A stretch of DNA of 64,000 bases, from NCBI GenBank assembly GCA_050290185.1, contig JBNKHE010000007.1:64001-128000 (forward strand), written 5' to 3'. Within the stretch, counting starts at the first letter, position 1. Every line of letters begins with the position of its first letter. A model generated the notes under the pieces. It was not told the origin of the DNA. It was given only the letters and a program-made list of their open reading frames with translations, and did no database searches. This stretch comes from Pontiella sp. (GTDB taxonomy: Bacteria > Verrucomicrobiota > Kiritimatiellia > Kiritimatiellales > Pontiellaceae). A program made the position numbers and the translations under genes. This document shows positions 19,009 to 28,334 of the stretch, in pieces.

Positions 19009-20586
19009 CTATTTGGCGTATTCCACGCACCGGGTCTCGCGAATGACCGTGACCCGCACAGTTCCGGGGATCTTGACGGTATCCCCGATCTCTTTGGCAA
19101 TGTTCTTGGCCAGTAGCGATGCACCGTGGTCGTTGAATTTGGTGGGTTCAACCATGATACGTATTTCCCGGCCCGCCTGTACGGCATAACTGCTCTTAAC
19201 GCCGGCATACTGGCTGGCGATTTTTTCGATCTGTTCCAGTCGCTGGAGATAGAGGTCGGTGGTTTCGGCGCGGGCTCCCGGGCGGGCGGCGGTAATGGCA
19301 TCGGCGGCATCGCAGAGTACGGCGTAAACGGTTTCGCGTTCCATATCCTCGTGATGCGAGCCGACGGCATTCCAAACCACGCGGTCTTCGCCGTATTTCC
19401 GCAGCAGGTTTGCTCCAAGAACAGCGTGGCCTCCTTCGGCCTCATGGTCGATGGCCTTGCCGATGTCATGGAAGATTCCAACGCGTTTGGCGATCTTGGG
19501 ATCCAAACCCATTTCGCCTGCCATCAGGGCCATGATATGTGCCGCTTCCATGGAGTGGTCGAGCATGTTCTGTTTGTAGCTGGTGCGGAATTTAAGCTTG
19601 CCCAGCGTATGTACCAGCTCGGGGGCCACACCGGTGATCCCCAGTTTAAACAAGGCGTCCTCGCCTGCCTGCCGGGTCGTTTCATCGATCTCTTTCCTTA
19701 CGTTGGCTACCGTTTCCTCGATGCGCGCGGGATGGATGCGGCCGTCTTCGATCAGGCGCTGGAGGGCTACACGGGCCACTTCTCGACGGATGGGATCGTA
19801 GCAGGAAAGAACCACCACTTCGGGCGTTTCATCGATGAGTACGTTGACGCCGGTTTCGGCCTCGAACGATTTAATATTGCGGCCTTCGCGGCCGATGATC
19901 CGCCCCTTGATGTCGTCGCTTTCAAGTGCAACGGCACTTGTGGTTAAATCGGAAACAGTTTCGGCGGCATAGCGTTGGATGGCGGTTGCAATGATTTCGC
20001 GTGCCTTTTTCTTCGCCTCTTCCTTTGCATCCTTCTGAATGTGGCGGACGAGAGCATTGGCTTCTCCCTGAAGCTCGCTTTCCATCCGTTTCATAATGGT
20101 TTTTCGGGCTTCATCCCTGGAGAGCTGTGCTGCTTGTTCCACGCAGTTTGTCTCTTCGGTTATGAGTTTGTCGAGGTCGCGTTGCTTCTCGTGGAGAACG
20201 GCCTTCTGGTCGCCAATCTCGGTCATGCGTCCAGAAAGTTCCAGTTCTTTGGAACTAAGCATTTCAAGCTTGCTCGTCAGATTTTTTTCGCGATCGACGA
20301 CGCGTTTTTCGAGATCTAGAATTTCTCTGCGCTGGCTGGTATTTTCCTTTTCTGCTTTTTCGCGTGCTCTGAGTACAGCGTCCTTTGCTTGGATTTTGGC
20401 TTCGCGGCGGATCGCATCGGCTTCTCTGTTGACTTCGGCCAAAATGGCCTTGGCCTGTTTGCTTGCCGCTATGGCATTGGTTTTGGTGAGATAGGCATGG
20501 AAAAAGAATCCCAGCACCAAAAAACCAAGGCTAATAAGCAGTCCTTGTCCTGCATATAATTCTTCCACGGTTACCTCCTGTTTCAT
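19009..20586 (-). CDS. rny: Ribonuclease Y
   Basis: N-terminal TM, coiled coil, KH (KGRIIGREGRNI), HD (HDIGK). Confidence 0.95.
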   Translation of the reverse strand: MKQEVTVEELYAGQGLLISLGFLVLGFFFHAYLTKTNAIAASKQAKAILAEVNREADAIRREAKIQAKDAVLRAREKAEKENTSQRREILDLEKRVVDREKNLTSKLEMLSSKELELSGRMTEIGDQKAVLHEKQRDLDKLITEETNCVEQAAQLSRDEARKTIMKRMESELQGEANALVRHIQKDAKEEAKKKAREIIATAIQRYAAETVSDLTTSAVALESDDIKGRIIGREGRNIKSFEAETGVNVLIDETPEVVVLSCYDPIRREVARVALQRLIEDGRIHPARIEETVANVRKEIDETTRQAGEDALFKLGITGVAPELVHTLGKLKFRTSYKQNMLDHSMEAAHIMALMAGEMGLDPKIAKRVGIFHDIGKAIDHEAEGGHAVLGANLLRKYGEDRVVWNAVGSHHEDMERETVYAVLCDAADAITAARPGARAETTDLYLQRLEQIEKIASQYAGVKSSYAVQAGREIRIMVEPTKFNDHGASLLAKNIAKEIGDTVKIPGTVRVTVIRETRCVEYAK

Positions 20587-20694
20587 GTTAGGCCACGCCC
20601 CGTAGAAAACCCGATGCAATCAGACGGCACCATATGGGCGGCATGACCCCCTTATAATTGAATTCACAGCGTATACTGTGACACAGGAGTTTGT

Positions 20695-21264
20695 CTAATG
20701 TTCGTTTCGAACTTTAACGATTTTTGTCTGTGTGATCACAAAATCGACAGGAATGTCGTGAGAGTCGATGGGGATGTGTGGAAATAGCTGGAAATCGAAG
20801 GCGACCGCGGTGGAAATTCCAGAAAATCCGTGCAGCAGGCGGTCATAATATCCACCGCCGCGCCCGAGTCGGTTCCCTGCGGGATCAAATGCGACTCCCG
20901 GCACAATTATCAGATCCACACTCTCCACCGCCAGCAAGGAAGGCGATTCCGGTTCCAGAATGCCATAATTGCCCGTTATAAAGCGTGTTTCGGAACATAT
21001 GCCGGCCAGCTCATAGTAATTACCTTCGGTATTGAACACCGGGATGCAGGTTTGTTTTTCCTGTTTCCAGCAAAGTTCGAACAGTGCATCCAGTTTCACC
21101 TCACCCTTAATGGCGTTATAGAGCGCAACCATTTTTGCCCTTTTAAACGCATCGAGTGTCTGAACCTTTTGGATGATCGCTTCGCTGGCGCGCATAATCC
21201 ATTGAGGATCCAGCACGTCCCGTTTTCCAGCAATGTCTTTCCGTAGCTGGGTTTTTGAGGTCAT
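20695..21264 (-). CDS. ygfA: 5-formyltetrahydrofolate cyclo-ligase
   Basis: VPGVAFD, RLGRGGGYYDR. Confidence 0.93.
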   Translation of the reverse strand: MTSKTQLRKDIAGKRDVLDPQWIMRASEAIIQKVQTLDAFKRAKMVALYNAIKGEVKLDALFELCWKQEKQTCIPVFNTEGNYYELAGICSETRFITGNYGILEPESPSLLAVESVDLIIVPGVAFDPAGNRLGRGGGYYDRLLHGFSGISTAVAFDFQLFPHIPIDSHDIPVDFVITQTKIVKVRNEH

Positions 21265-22577
21265 TTTTTCTTCCTCAGCGAGTTCCAGTAATCGATCCGT
21301 TTACGGATCGTCTCTTCGTATCCTTGATCCGTTGGTTCGTAGTAAACCTTTTCGGTTGGTACATATTGCTGGTCGACGAAATGGCCTGCTCCATCATGGG
21401 CATATTTGTACTTCTCGCCGCCCTTATCGGGTTTTGGGCCGCTCTGGAGATATTTGGGGATGGGAAGGGTGCGTCCGTTTTCCACATCATCCAACGCTGT
21501 GTTGATCGCACGATAGGCGGCGTTGCTTTTGGGTGCGCACGCGAGATATGTCGTAGCCTGCGCTAGTGTAATGCGTGCTTCCGGCATGCCGATAAACTCC
21601 ACCGCCTGCATCGCGGAGACGGCCAAGGTAATGCCGCGCGGATCAGCGTTGCCGATGTCTTCCGAGGCCAGAATGATAAGACGCCGGGCGATAAAGCGCG
21701 GATCCTCTCCGGCATAGAGCATTTTGGCCAGCCAGTAGACGGCGGCATTCGGGTCGGAACCCCGCACGCTCTTGATGAAGGCCGAGATTGTGTCGTAATG
21801 CTCATCTTCATCATGATCATAGACGACCGCCTTCTTTTGCACCGATTCCTCGATTTCATAGCGGGTGAGGTGAACGATGCCATCTTCTTGCGGGGGGGTG
21901 GTCAGTGCGGCAATCTCAAGGGCGTTCAAGGCGCGGCGCGCATCCCCTTCGCAGACGGCCGCCAGATGCCGTAATCCCTCTTCGGTTGATGTGACCATGC
22001 TGTTTAGGCCAATTTGCGCGGTCATGGCGCGTTGAAGTATTTCGAGGATGGCAGGTTCGGTAAGCGATTGGAGCTGGTAAATCTGTGAGCGGGAATTAAG
22101 CGGTGTATTGATGAAGAAGAACGGATTGTGGGTGGTCGCTCCGATCAGGATGATGTTGCCGTTTTCCACATAGGGAAGCAGGACATCCTGCTGTGATTTG
22201 TTGAAACGATGGATTTCATCGATAAACAGGATCGTATCCTGTCCATTCATCTTTTTCCAATGGGTGGCTCCTTCCAGAATTTTGCGGAGGATGGCGACGT
22301 TGGCCAGAACGCCGCTGGCGCGCTCGAATCTGCGGTTGGTCGTTTTTGCAATGACCTCTGCCAGCGTGGTCTTGCCGCAACCGGGTGGTCCATAGAGGAT
22401 GATGCTTCCCAGACGGTCGGCTTCGATGGCGCGGCGAAGCAGTTTGCCATCGCCCAGGATATGTTCCTGTCCAACGATGTCCTCCAAACGCTGCGGTCTC
22501 ATGCGTGCCGCCAGCGGGGCGGTGCCGGCTCCGGCTTTTAGTTCGGTCCTATCCGGTTTTTCATTAAAGAGATCCAT
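21261..22577 (-). CDS. rarA: Replication-associated recombination protein A
   Basis: PLAARMRP, GPPGCGKTT, DEIHRFNKSQQD, SAFIKSVRGSD. Confidence 0.95.
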   Translation of the reverse strand: MDLFNEKPDRTELKAGAGTAPLAARMRPQRLEDIVGQEHILGDGKLLRRAIEADRLGSIILYGPPGCGKTTLAEVIAKTTNRRFERASGVLANVAILRKILEGATHWKKMNGQDTILFIDEIHRFNKSQQDVLLPYVENGNIILIGATTHNPFFFINTPLNSRSQIYQLQSLTEPAILEILQRAMTAQIGLNSMVTSTEEGLRHLAAVCEGDARRALNALEIAALTTPPQEDGIVHLTRYEIEESVQKKAVVYDHDEDEHYDTISAFIKSVRGSDPNAAVYWLAKMLYAGEDPRFIARRLIILASEDIGNADPRGITLAVSAMQAVEFIGMPEARITLAQATTYLACAPKSNAAYRAINTALDDVENGRTLPIPKYLQSGPKPDKGGEKYKYAHDGAGHFVDQQYVPTEKVYYEPTDQGYEETIRKRIDYWNSLRKKK

Positions 22578-22689
22578 GGAGGGAAGATAGCGCGGAAAAG
22601 GGTTTAGATGAACTGCGAATGATCGGAAATGCGTATGATTCTGCCAACCGGCACGAATCAAAAACAAGAAAACGAAGCTTTGGAAAAGG

Positions 22690-22875
22690 AACCCCGCAAT
22701 GGCCGTCTGGTAGGCGTGCCTCTATCACCGTGGTAATAGATGTGGGAGCGAATCAAGCCAGTTCCCGGAACCCTCCCTTGTTCAAGGGCATGCGGTTGCC
22801 AGCCTGAAGCATAAGCTCCCTGATAAGTATCATTGGGTAGGAGGAAGAGCCTAAAGTCGCGTACCTCGCAGAGCA
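22690..22875 (-). ncRNA. ssrS: 6S RNA
   Basis: ~185-nt rod: CUCUGCGA pairs with UUGCGGGG, UAGGC/GCCUA and GGGAGC/GCUCCC flank an A/U-rich central bubble; upstream of rarA-ygfA-rny. Confidence 0.8.
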
Positions 22876-23005
22876 TCATCCCTTTCCTAAGCTTCAATAA
22901 ACATATAGCACATGGAGACGTTGGGTACGATGAAAAAATGGTTTTAGAAGCCATTTGTTCGAGTTGGAATTTGCTATTCGAACTGCGCAGGGATACCTTA
23001 ATGTC

Positions 23006-23497
23006 ATGGGAAGTTTGAAACAAACACTACTGAACAAAGATCATGCAGGATTGCAGTTTCTTAAGTATGTGATATGCGGTGGGTTGGCTTTTCTCGTCGA
23101 CTACACCGTTTTTTATTTTTTGGCTATCCGGCTTTTCCCGGCGCTGACGCCGGATGACTTTGTTGCCCGGTTGCTTGGCCTGAAACTGGCCCCCATCTCC
23201 GAGGCGCTGCAGTTGCGAAACTATTGGATTTGCATCTCCACGGGTTTTGTTTTCTCTAATGTAGTAGCCTATGTCACGAATGTACTTTTTGTCTTCAAGG
23301 GCGGAAAGCACAAGGTTCACCATGAGGTGCTGTTGTTTTTTGGTATTTCTCTGGTTTCATTCCTTTTGAGCAGTCTGACCGGCGATCTGCTGATCCGGTT
23401 TTTTGAGGTGCAGACCAGCGTATCAAAGCTGGTGGCCATCGTATTCGCGATATTGATCAATTATTCCGGCCGGAAGTTTTTCATCTTTCACGGATAG
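23006..23497 (+). CDS. GtrA family membrane protein
   Basis: QFLKYVICGGLAFLVDY, four TM segments, NYSGRKFFIF end. Confidence 0.85.
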   Translation: MGSLKQTLLNKDHAGLQFLKYVICGGLAFLVDYTVFYFLAIRLFPALTPDDFVARLLGLKLAPISEALQLRNYWICISTGFVFSNVVAYVTNVLFVFKGGKHKVHHEVLLFFGISLVSFLLSSLTGDLLIRFFEVQTSVSKLVAIVFAILINYSGRKFFIFHG

Positions 23498-24353
23498 AAT
23501 GATCCTGGTCCATTTTCTTGTACACCCGCACATAATCTATCTCATAACGGGTCGGGAAATCCGTATGGGACGGGTCGCCCCCCATCTTTCCTCCGATAGC
23601 CAGGTTCAGCAGCAGGTATTGCGGTTGATGAAACGGGTTTTTCGGTCCCCATTGGTCATCAGGATTGACCGCCTGGGCAAGATCGATCGTATTCAGCAGG
23701 ATCCCGTCGATGTAGAGTTTGATGGCATGCTCGTCCCAATCCATGCACCAGACGTGGAATTTTTGATCGAAGCCGGAGTCGTTGAAAGATGAGACCGGCT
23801 TTCTGGTGCTGTCCCATTCCGGAACGGAGCGCTGTCCCGTGCCCCAGCAGGCGTTGGCCAGAATATTTCCGTCATAGAACTCCATCAGGTCGATTTCACC
23901 ATTATGCGGCCAATGACCATCGACCCCGAGAAACCAGATAGCAGGCCAAAGGCCCTTCTCGGTTTTTATGCGTGCCTTGATCTCAAAACGACCATATTTC
24001 CAGCTGTGCCGTCCTTTCGTGGTTAGACACGCCGAGGTGTATTCAATCGTTTTCCGGTTTCTCCGCCAGTCGGGGCTTCCTTTTTCATAACGTGGATTTG
24101 TTTTATGCTCCCTTAGTCCTTCAATGACGAGGAAGCCGTTTTCGCAAAAGGCATTATCGGATTGATACCACTGCAACTCTTCGTTTCGGACAAAGCCATG
24201 CTCATAAGTCCAGTTTATCGGATTCGGTTCGCCGCCATTTTCAAATTCATCGGCCCAAACCAGCTGGTAACCTTTTAAATCACCTCCGTCGGCAAAGCAG
24301 GAGGCCACCGCGGCCATGAGAGATGTTATCGTGAGTATTGTGCGGGCTTGCAT
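23481..24353 (-). CDS. Glycoside hydrolase family 16 (laminarinase-like), secreted
   Basis: WADEF, NEELQWY, catalytic EIDLME, LLNLAIGG, IDYVRVY. Confidence 0.92.
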   Translation of the reverse strand: MQARTILTITSLMAAVASCFADGGDLKGYQLVWADEFENGGEPNPINWTYEHGFVRNEELQWYQSDNAFCENGFLVIEGLREHKTNPRYEKGSPDWRRNRKTIEYTSACLTTKGRHSWKYGRFEIKARIKTEKGLWPAIWFLGVDGHWPHNGEIDLMEFYDGNILANACWGTGQRSVPEWDSTRKPVSSFNDSGFDQKFHVWCMDWDEHAIKLYIDGILLNTIDLAQAVNPDDQWGPKNPFHQPQYLLLNLAIGGKMGGDPSHTDFPTRYEIDYVRVYKKMDQDHSIRER

Positions 24354-24405
24354 GGCAATCCTGCCTGTTTTGTTGTGCTGGTAAACGTTTGTCGGACGAT
24401 GGTGT

Positions 24406-25053
24406 TTAGCGGCGGTTCAGCCGCTCGATTTTATCGAGAATGTGTTTGGCGCAGGCCTCTTTGCCGATGCAGCCCCAGTATTCGAAATCCTCAGCATCCG
24501 TAGCGAGGAAGCTGAAGGTTCCGGTTGTTGCGCCTAGGGTTGACGGGCTGTTGAGAACGATTCCGTCGAGCTGCTTATCCTGTAGTTTCCGCCGGGCGTT
24601 TGTTTCGCCGTCGGAGGTCTGCAGTGCGAAGCCTATCGCGATCTGGTTCTGATGCTTTTGGCCTGAGAACGTTTTGGCGATGTCGGGGGTCGGCCGCAGG
24701 TGAAGAACTAATTCTTCCGCTGATTTGGGCATTTTTTCCGCATGTTTCGTCGCGGGCGTGTAATCGGCCACGGCGGCGGCAAAGATAATGGCATTGGTGT
24801 GGGGAAACAGGCCGGATGCCGCAGCAAGCATGTCATCGGCACTGACAACCTGATGGATCTTTCCGTTTCCATCCAGCCGGGGAAGATTTTCCGGGGAAAC
24901 CGGTCCGCTCACAAACTCAACCGTGTATCCGCGTTGCACGGCTTCCTCCGCAATGGCTTTGCCCATCAAGCCACTGCTGGCATTTCCGATGAACCGCACA
25001 GGATCTATATATTCATGCGTTGGACCGGAAAGAATGAGGACCGTTTTTTTCAC
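24406..25053 (-). CDS. coaB: Phosphopantothenate-cysteine ligase
   Basis: GPTHEYIDPVRFIGNASSG, AAAVADY. Confidence 0.9.
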   Translation of the reverse strand: MKKTVLILSGPTHEYIDPVRFIGNASSGLMGKAIAEEAVQRGYTVEFVSGPVSPENLPRLDGNGKIHQVVSADDMLAAASGLFPHTNAIIFAAAVADYTPATKHAEKMPKSAEELVLHLRPTPDIAKTFSGQKHQNQIAIGFALQTSDGETNARRKLQDKQLDGIVLNSPSTLGATTGTFSFLATDAEDFEYWGCIGKEACAKHILDKIERLNRR

Positions 25054-25090
25054 AGGGGCAAGCTTCCTTCGGAGAAAAGGTTTTTTTGCG

Positions 25091-25645
25091 CTAGAATACG
25101 GAGTTAAGGATGATCTGGGTGATAACCGTGGGTGTACTCATCCGTCCATATCCGCTTGTGCCGCATGCCAGCCGGCCTTTTTCAGGCCCGACCTGGTGCC
25201 ATCCAAGTTTCAGCAGTTTGCGCGCGTTTTCCTCGACAATCGGTTGCTCCCACATCTGAACATTCATTGCCGGGCAAAAGATGCGTTTGCAATCGGACTT
25301 CAGTGAAAGTGCGCTGCAGCAGACTATGTCATCGCCAAAGCCATGTGCAATCTTCGCAATGGCATTAGCCGTGGCAGGAATCACGGCGAATGCATCGGCT
25401 TCGGTGGCAGGGTACAGATGGGGGTAGATCACATCGTTTCCGTCCGACGCGATATCGGGAAACATCGAGGTAATTACCTTTTGCTGTGTGATGGCAGCAA
25501 ACGTGAGCGGTGCGACAAATTTCGTTGCCGATTCCGTCATGACAATTCGTACGTCGCAGTTGGCTTTTACCAATTGGCTCGCCACCTCAACCGTCTTGTA
25601 GGCGGCAATGCCCCCTGTTACGCCGATCAGTACTTTAGGTTTCAT
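25091..25645 (-). CDS. coaC: Phosphopantothenoylcysteine decarboxylase
   Basis: GVTGGIAAYK, PATAN, PAMN, LACG. Confidence 0.9.
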   Translation of the reverse strand: MKPKVLIGVTGGIAAYKTVEVASQLVKANCDVRIVMTESATKFVAPLTFAAITQQKVITSMFPDIASDGNDVIYPHLYPATEADAFAVIPATANAIAKIAHGFGDDIVCCSALSLKSDCKRIFCPAMNVQMWEQPIVEENARKLLKLGWHQVGPEKGRLACGTSGYGRMSTPTVITQIILNSVF

Positions 25646-25738
25646 AGTCGCTACGCTCCTTTGGTTGTTGCGTTGCAGAAAGGCCGGTTTTCCACCGTTC
25701 AACCATTGTGGTGAACGACCAGAAACCGGGAAACCGGT

Positions 25739-26296
25739 TTATACTTCCATGATGTCTTTTTCCTTGGCCGCGAGCATGGTGTCCATTTTTTTGATGTGCT
25801 CGTCGGTGCTTTTCTGGATTTGATCCAGGGCGGCATCGCGTTCGTCCTCGGTGACATCGCCATTCTTTTGAAAAGATTTGATTTGATCGTTGGCGTCGCG
25901 ACGGATGTTGCGGACGGCCACGCGTTGCTCCTCGGTAACGCGTCCCGCCATTTTAACCATATCTTTGCGGCGTTCTTCGGAAAGCTCCGGAATCGGAACG
26001 CGGATCAGGCGGCCATCATTCATCGGGGTGATACCTATATTGGCCGCAACGATGGCTTTTTCAATCAGGCCAAGCGAAGAAGGATCGAACGGACTGATCA
26101 CAATCAGCCGTGGTTCGGGGGTGGAAATGTTGGCAATATCGCGCAGGCGGGTGGGAGTCCCGTAATAGTCCACGGTAATGGTATCCACCAGAGCCGGATT
26201 GGCCTTGCCCGTACGGAGTCCTGAGAGTTCCTGTTGCAGGAACTGCACGGTTTTATTCATCTTGTCTTCAGTTTCGAGTATTACATCGTCGATCAT
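25739..26296 (-). CDS. frr: Ribosome recycling factor
   Basis: LRTGKANP, RVAVRNIRRDAN. Confidence 0.96.
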   Translation of the reverse strand: MIDDVILETEDKMNKTVQFLQQELSGLRTGKANPALVDTITVDYYGTPTRLRDIANISTPEPRLIVISPFDPSSLGLIEKAIVAANIGITPMNDGRLIRVPIPELSEERRKDMVKMAGRVTEEQRVAVRNIRRDANDQIKSFQKNGDVTEDERDAALDQIQKSTDEHIKKMDTMLAAKEKDIMEV

Positions 26297-26313
26297 CTGT
26301 TTTCTCCCTGCCG

Positions 26314-27027
26314 TTAACCATGGGTGACGAGTGTGCCGGAATCCTTGCCGGCGAGCACTTCAACCATACCGTTTTTCTTGAAAAAGTCGAAGACTACAAT
26401 AGGAATGTCGTTTTCCATGCACAACGAAAAAGCGGCAGCATCCATAATCTTTAGCTGCTTGGACAGTGCATCCTGATAGGAGATTTCCTCAAAACGCGTA
26501 GCTGAAGGATCCTTCACCGGATCAGCGGTGTAGATCCCATCAACCTTGGTCGCTTTCATGAGTACGTCGGCTTCGATCTCGGACGCACGTAAAGCCGCGG
26601 CGCTATCGGTTGTGAAATACGGATTGCCTGTGCCCGCGCCGAAGATAACCACACGACCTTTTTCCAGATGGCGTATGGCCTTGCGGCGGATGAAAGGCTC
26701 GGCGATGGCCGGCATCGAGATGGCGGTCATGACGCGGGTTTGGATGCCAGCGCCTTCCAATGCATTCTGTATGGCCAGTGAATTAATCACTGTGGCAAGC
26801 ATGCCCATGTAGTCGCCCGTTGTGCGGTCGGTGCCTTTGCCGGCTCCGGCCAATCCCCGGAAAATATTCCCTCCGCCAACCACCACAGCAATTTCGGCAC
26901 CCATATCGAGCATCTGCTTAAATTCGGCAGCAATTTTTTCCAGCAGTTCTGGGTCGTGATTGAGTCCTTTTTCCTTGTTCTGCAATGCTTCGCCGCTGAT
27001 TTTTAACAGAATGCGTTTATACTTCAT
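26314..27027 (-). CDS. pyrH: UMP kinase
   Basis: LKISGE, GGGNIFRG, GNPYFTTD. Confidence 0.96.
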   Translation of the reverse strand: MKYKRILLKISGEALQNKEKGLNHDPELLEKIAAEFKQMLDMGAEIAVVVGGGNIFRGLAGAGKGTDRTTGDYMGMLATVINSLAIQNALEGAGIQTRVMTAISMPAIAEPFIRRKAIRHLEKGRVVIFGAGTGNPYFTTDSAAALRASEIEADVLMKATKVDGIYTADPVKDPSATRFEEISYQDALSKQLKIMDAAAFSLCMENDIPIVVFDFFKKNGMVEVLAGKDSGTLVTHG

Positions 27028-27120
27028 AAATTCCTTTCATGTGTTCAGGCCAAAAGATTAGAACATGCATGTGGCAGTGTAAATTTCCAATCGCCGGAAT
27101 CTTGGATGGATGTGTAAGAA

Positions 27121-28329
27121 ATGAAGCGTTTTTGTTTGTTGATGGGGGTGCTGGCCGGAGTCACGGCCGGAGTGGCTGTTCTTTGGTTTTCTCAAGGAAG
27201 AACCAGTGTTGCCCAACCTCCTGTCCGGGCGCTATGGATTACCCGTTTTGACTACGCGGAGCCCGCGGATGTTGGTCACATCATTTCGAACGTTGTTGCC
27301 GCCGGTTTTACCGATGTGTTTTTTCAGATCAGGGGCAACGGAACGGTATTTTACAATAGCCGCATAGAGCCTTGGGCCTATGAACTTTCCGGCGAAGATG
27401 TTTCCCTGCTGGGTACCGATCCCGGTTGGGATCCGTTACAGCTGGCGATCGATGAAGCAAAGGGGACGGGGCTCCGAATCCATGCCTATATCAATGTGCT
27501 TCCGGGCTGGAAGGGGCTATCGGATCCCCCGGCTGCTGCAAGGCAGCTCTGGACCGAGCATCCTGACTGGTTCATGGTGGATTCCATGGGGCAAAAGATG
27601 CTGCCGACTGCTGGTTGGTACTCGTTTGTCAATCCGGTGCTACCGGAGGTGCGCGAACATTTGTGCGACATCGTTCGGGAACTCTGCCGCTATAATATCG
27701 CCGGCGTTCACCTCGATTATATTCGCTACCCGCACGACTACCACATTGTGGCAGGACCACGTTATCCTGATGCGACGGAAGAGGAACTCATGCGCCACTC
27801 CGATTTTTCGTACGATCCGGCTTCAATCGGGGGGCTGGCAGCGGCATACGGTGCGGACGTCACCAAGGAGGACGTGACTGAATTCCGTTGTGATTCGGTG
27901 ACCCGGGTTGTTCTCGACATATCCCGCACCCTGCAGGAGGAACGGCCGGGAAGCTGTTTGCTGAGCGCCAGCGTGATGGGGAATCCGGTGGAGGGTAAGC
28001 ATTATGCCTATCAGGATTCCGGCGAGTGGATCCGCCACGGAGTGCTCGATTGGGCGGTGCAAATGAACTATGGAACCCGATCGTTCGAACGTTACTTAAA
28101 GGGTGTGAAAAAAGCCGGGGGGAGAAAAGGATTCCGAAATTCGGTTCTGGTCGGCATTAACTGCAAGAATGATATTGATGATCTCCTTGCACAAATAGAG
28201 CTGGTTGAAGAATCAGGGTGTCGGGGGCTGGCGTTGTTTTCCTACAGCTTTCTTTTCGACGAACATCATCAACCTACAGAAAAGGGCCGGATACTTCTTC
28301 CAAAGATCCGGCCCGCTTCAATGAATTGA
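27121..28329 (+). CDS. Glycoside hydrolase-like 10 (GHL10) family protein
   Basis: RALWITR, QIRGNG, GWDPL, GVHLDYIRYP. Confidence 0.8.
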   Translation: MKRFCLLMGVLAGVTAGVAVLWFSQGRTSVAQPPVRALWITRFDYAEPADVGHIISNVVAAGFTDVFFQIRGNGTVFYNSRIEPWAYELSGEDVSLLGTDPGWDPLQLAIDEAKGTGLRIHAYINVLPGWKGLSDPPAAARQLWTEHPDWFMVDSMGQKMLPTAGWYSFVNPVLPEVREHLCDIVRELCRYNIAGVHLDYIRYPHDYHIVAGPRYPDATEEELMRHSDFSYDPASIGGLAAAYGADVTKEDVTEFRCDSVTRVVLDISRTLQEERPGSCLLSASVMGNPVEGKHYAYQDSGEWIRHGVLDWAVQMNYGTRSFERYLKGVKKAGGRKGFRNSVLVGINCKNDIDDLLAQIELVEESGCRGLALFSYSFLFDEHHQPTEKGRILLPKIRPASMN

Positions 28330-28334
28330 ATGGG

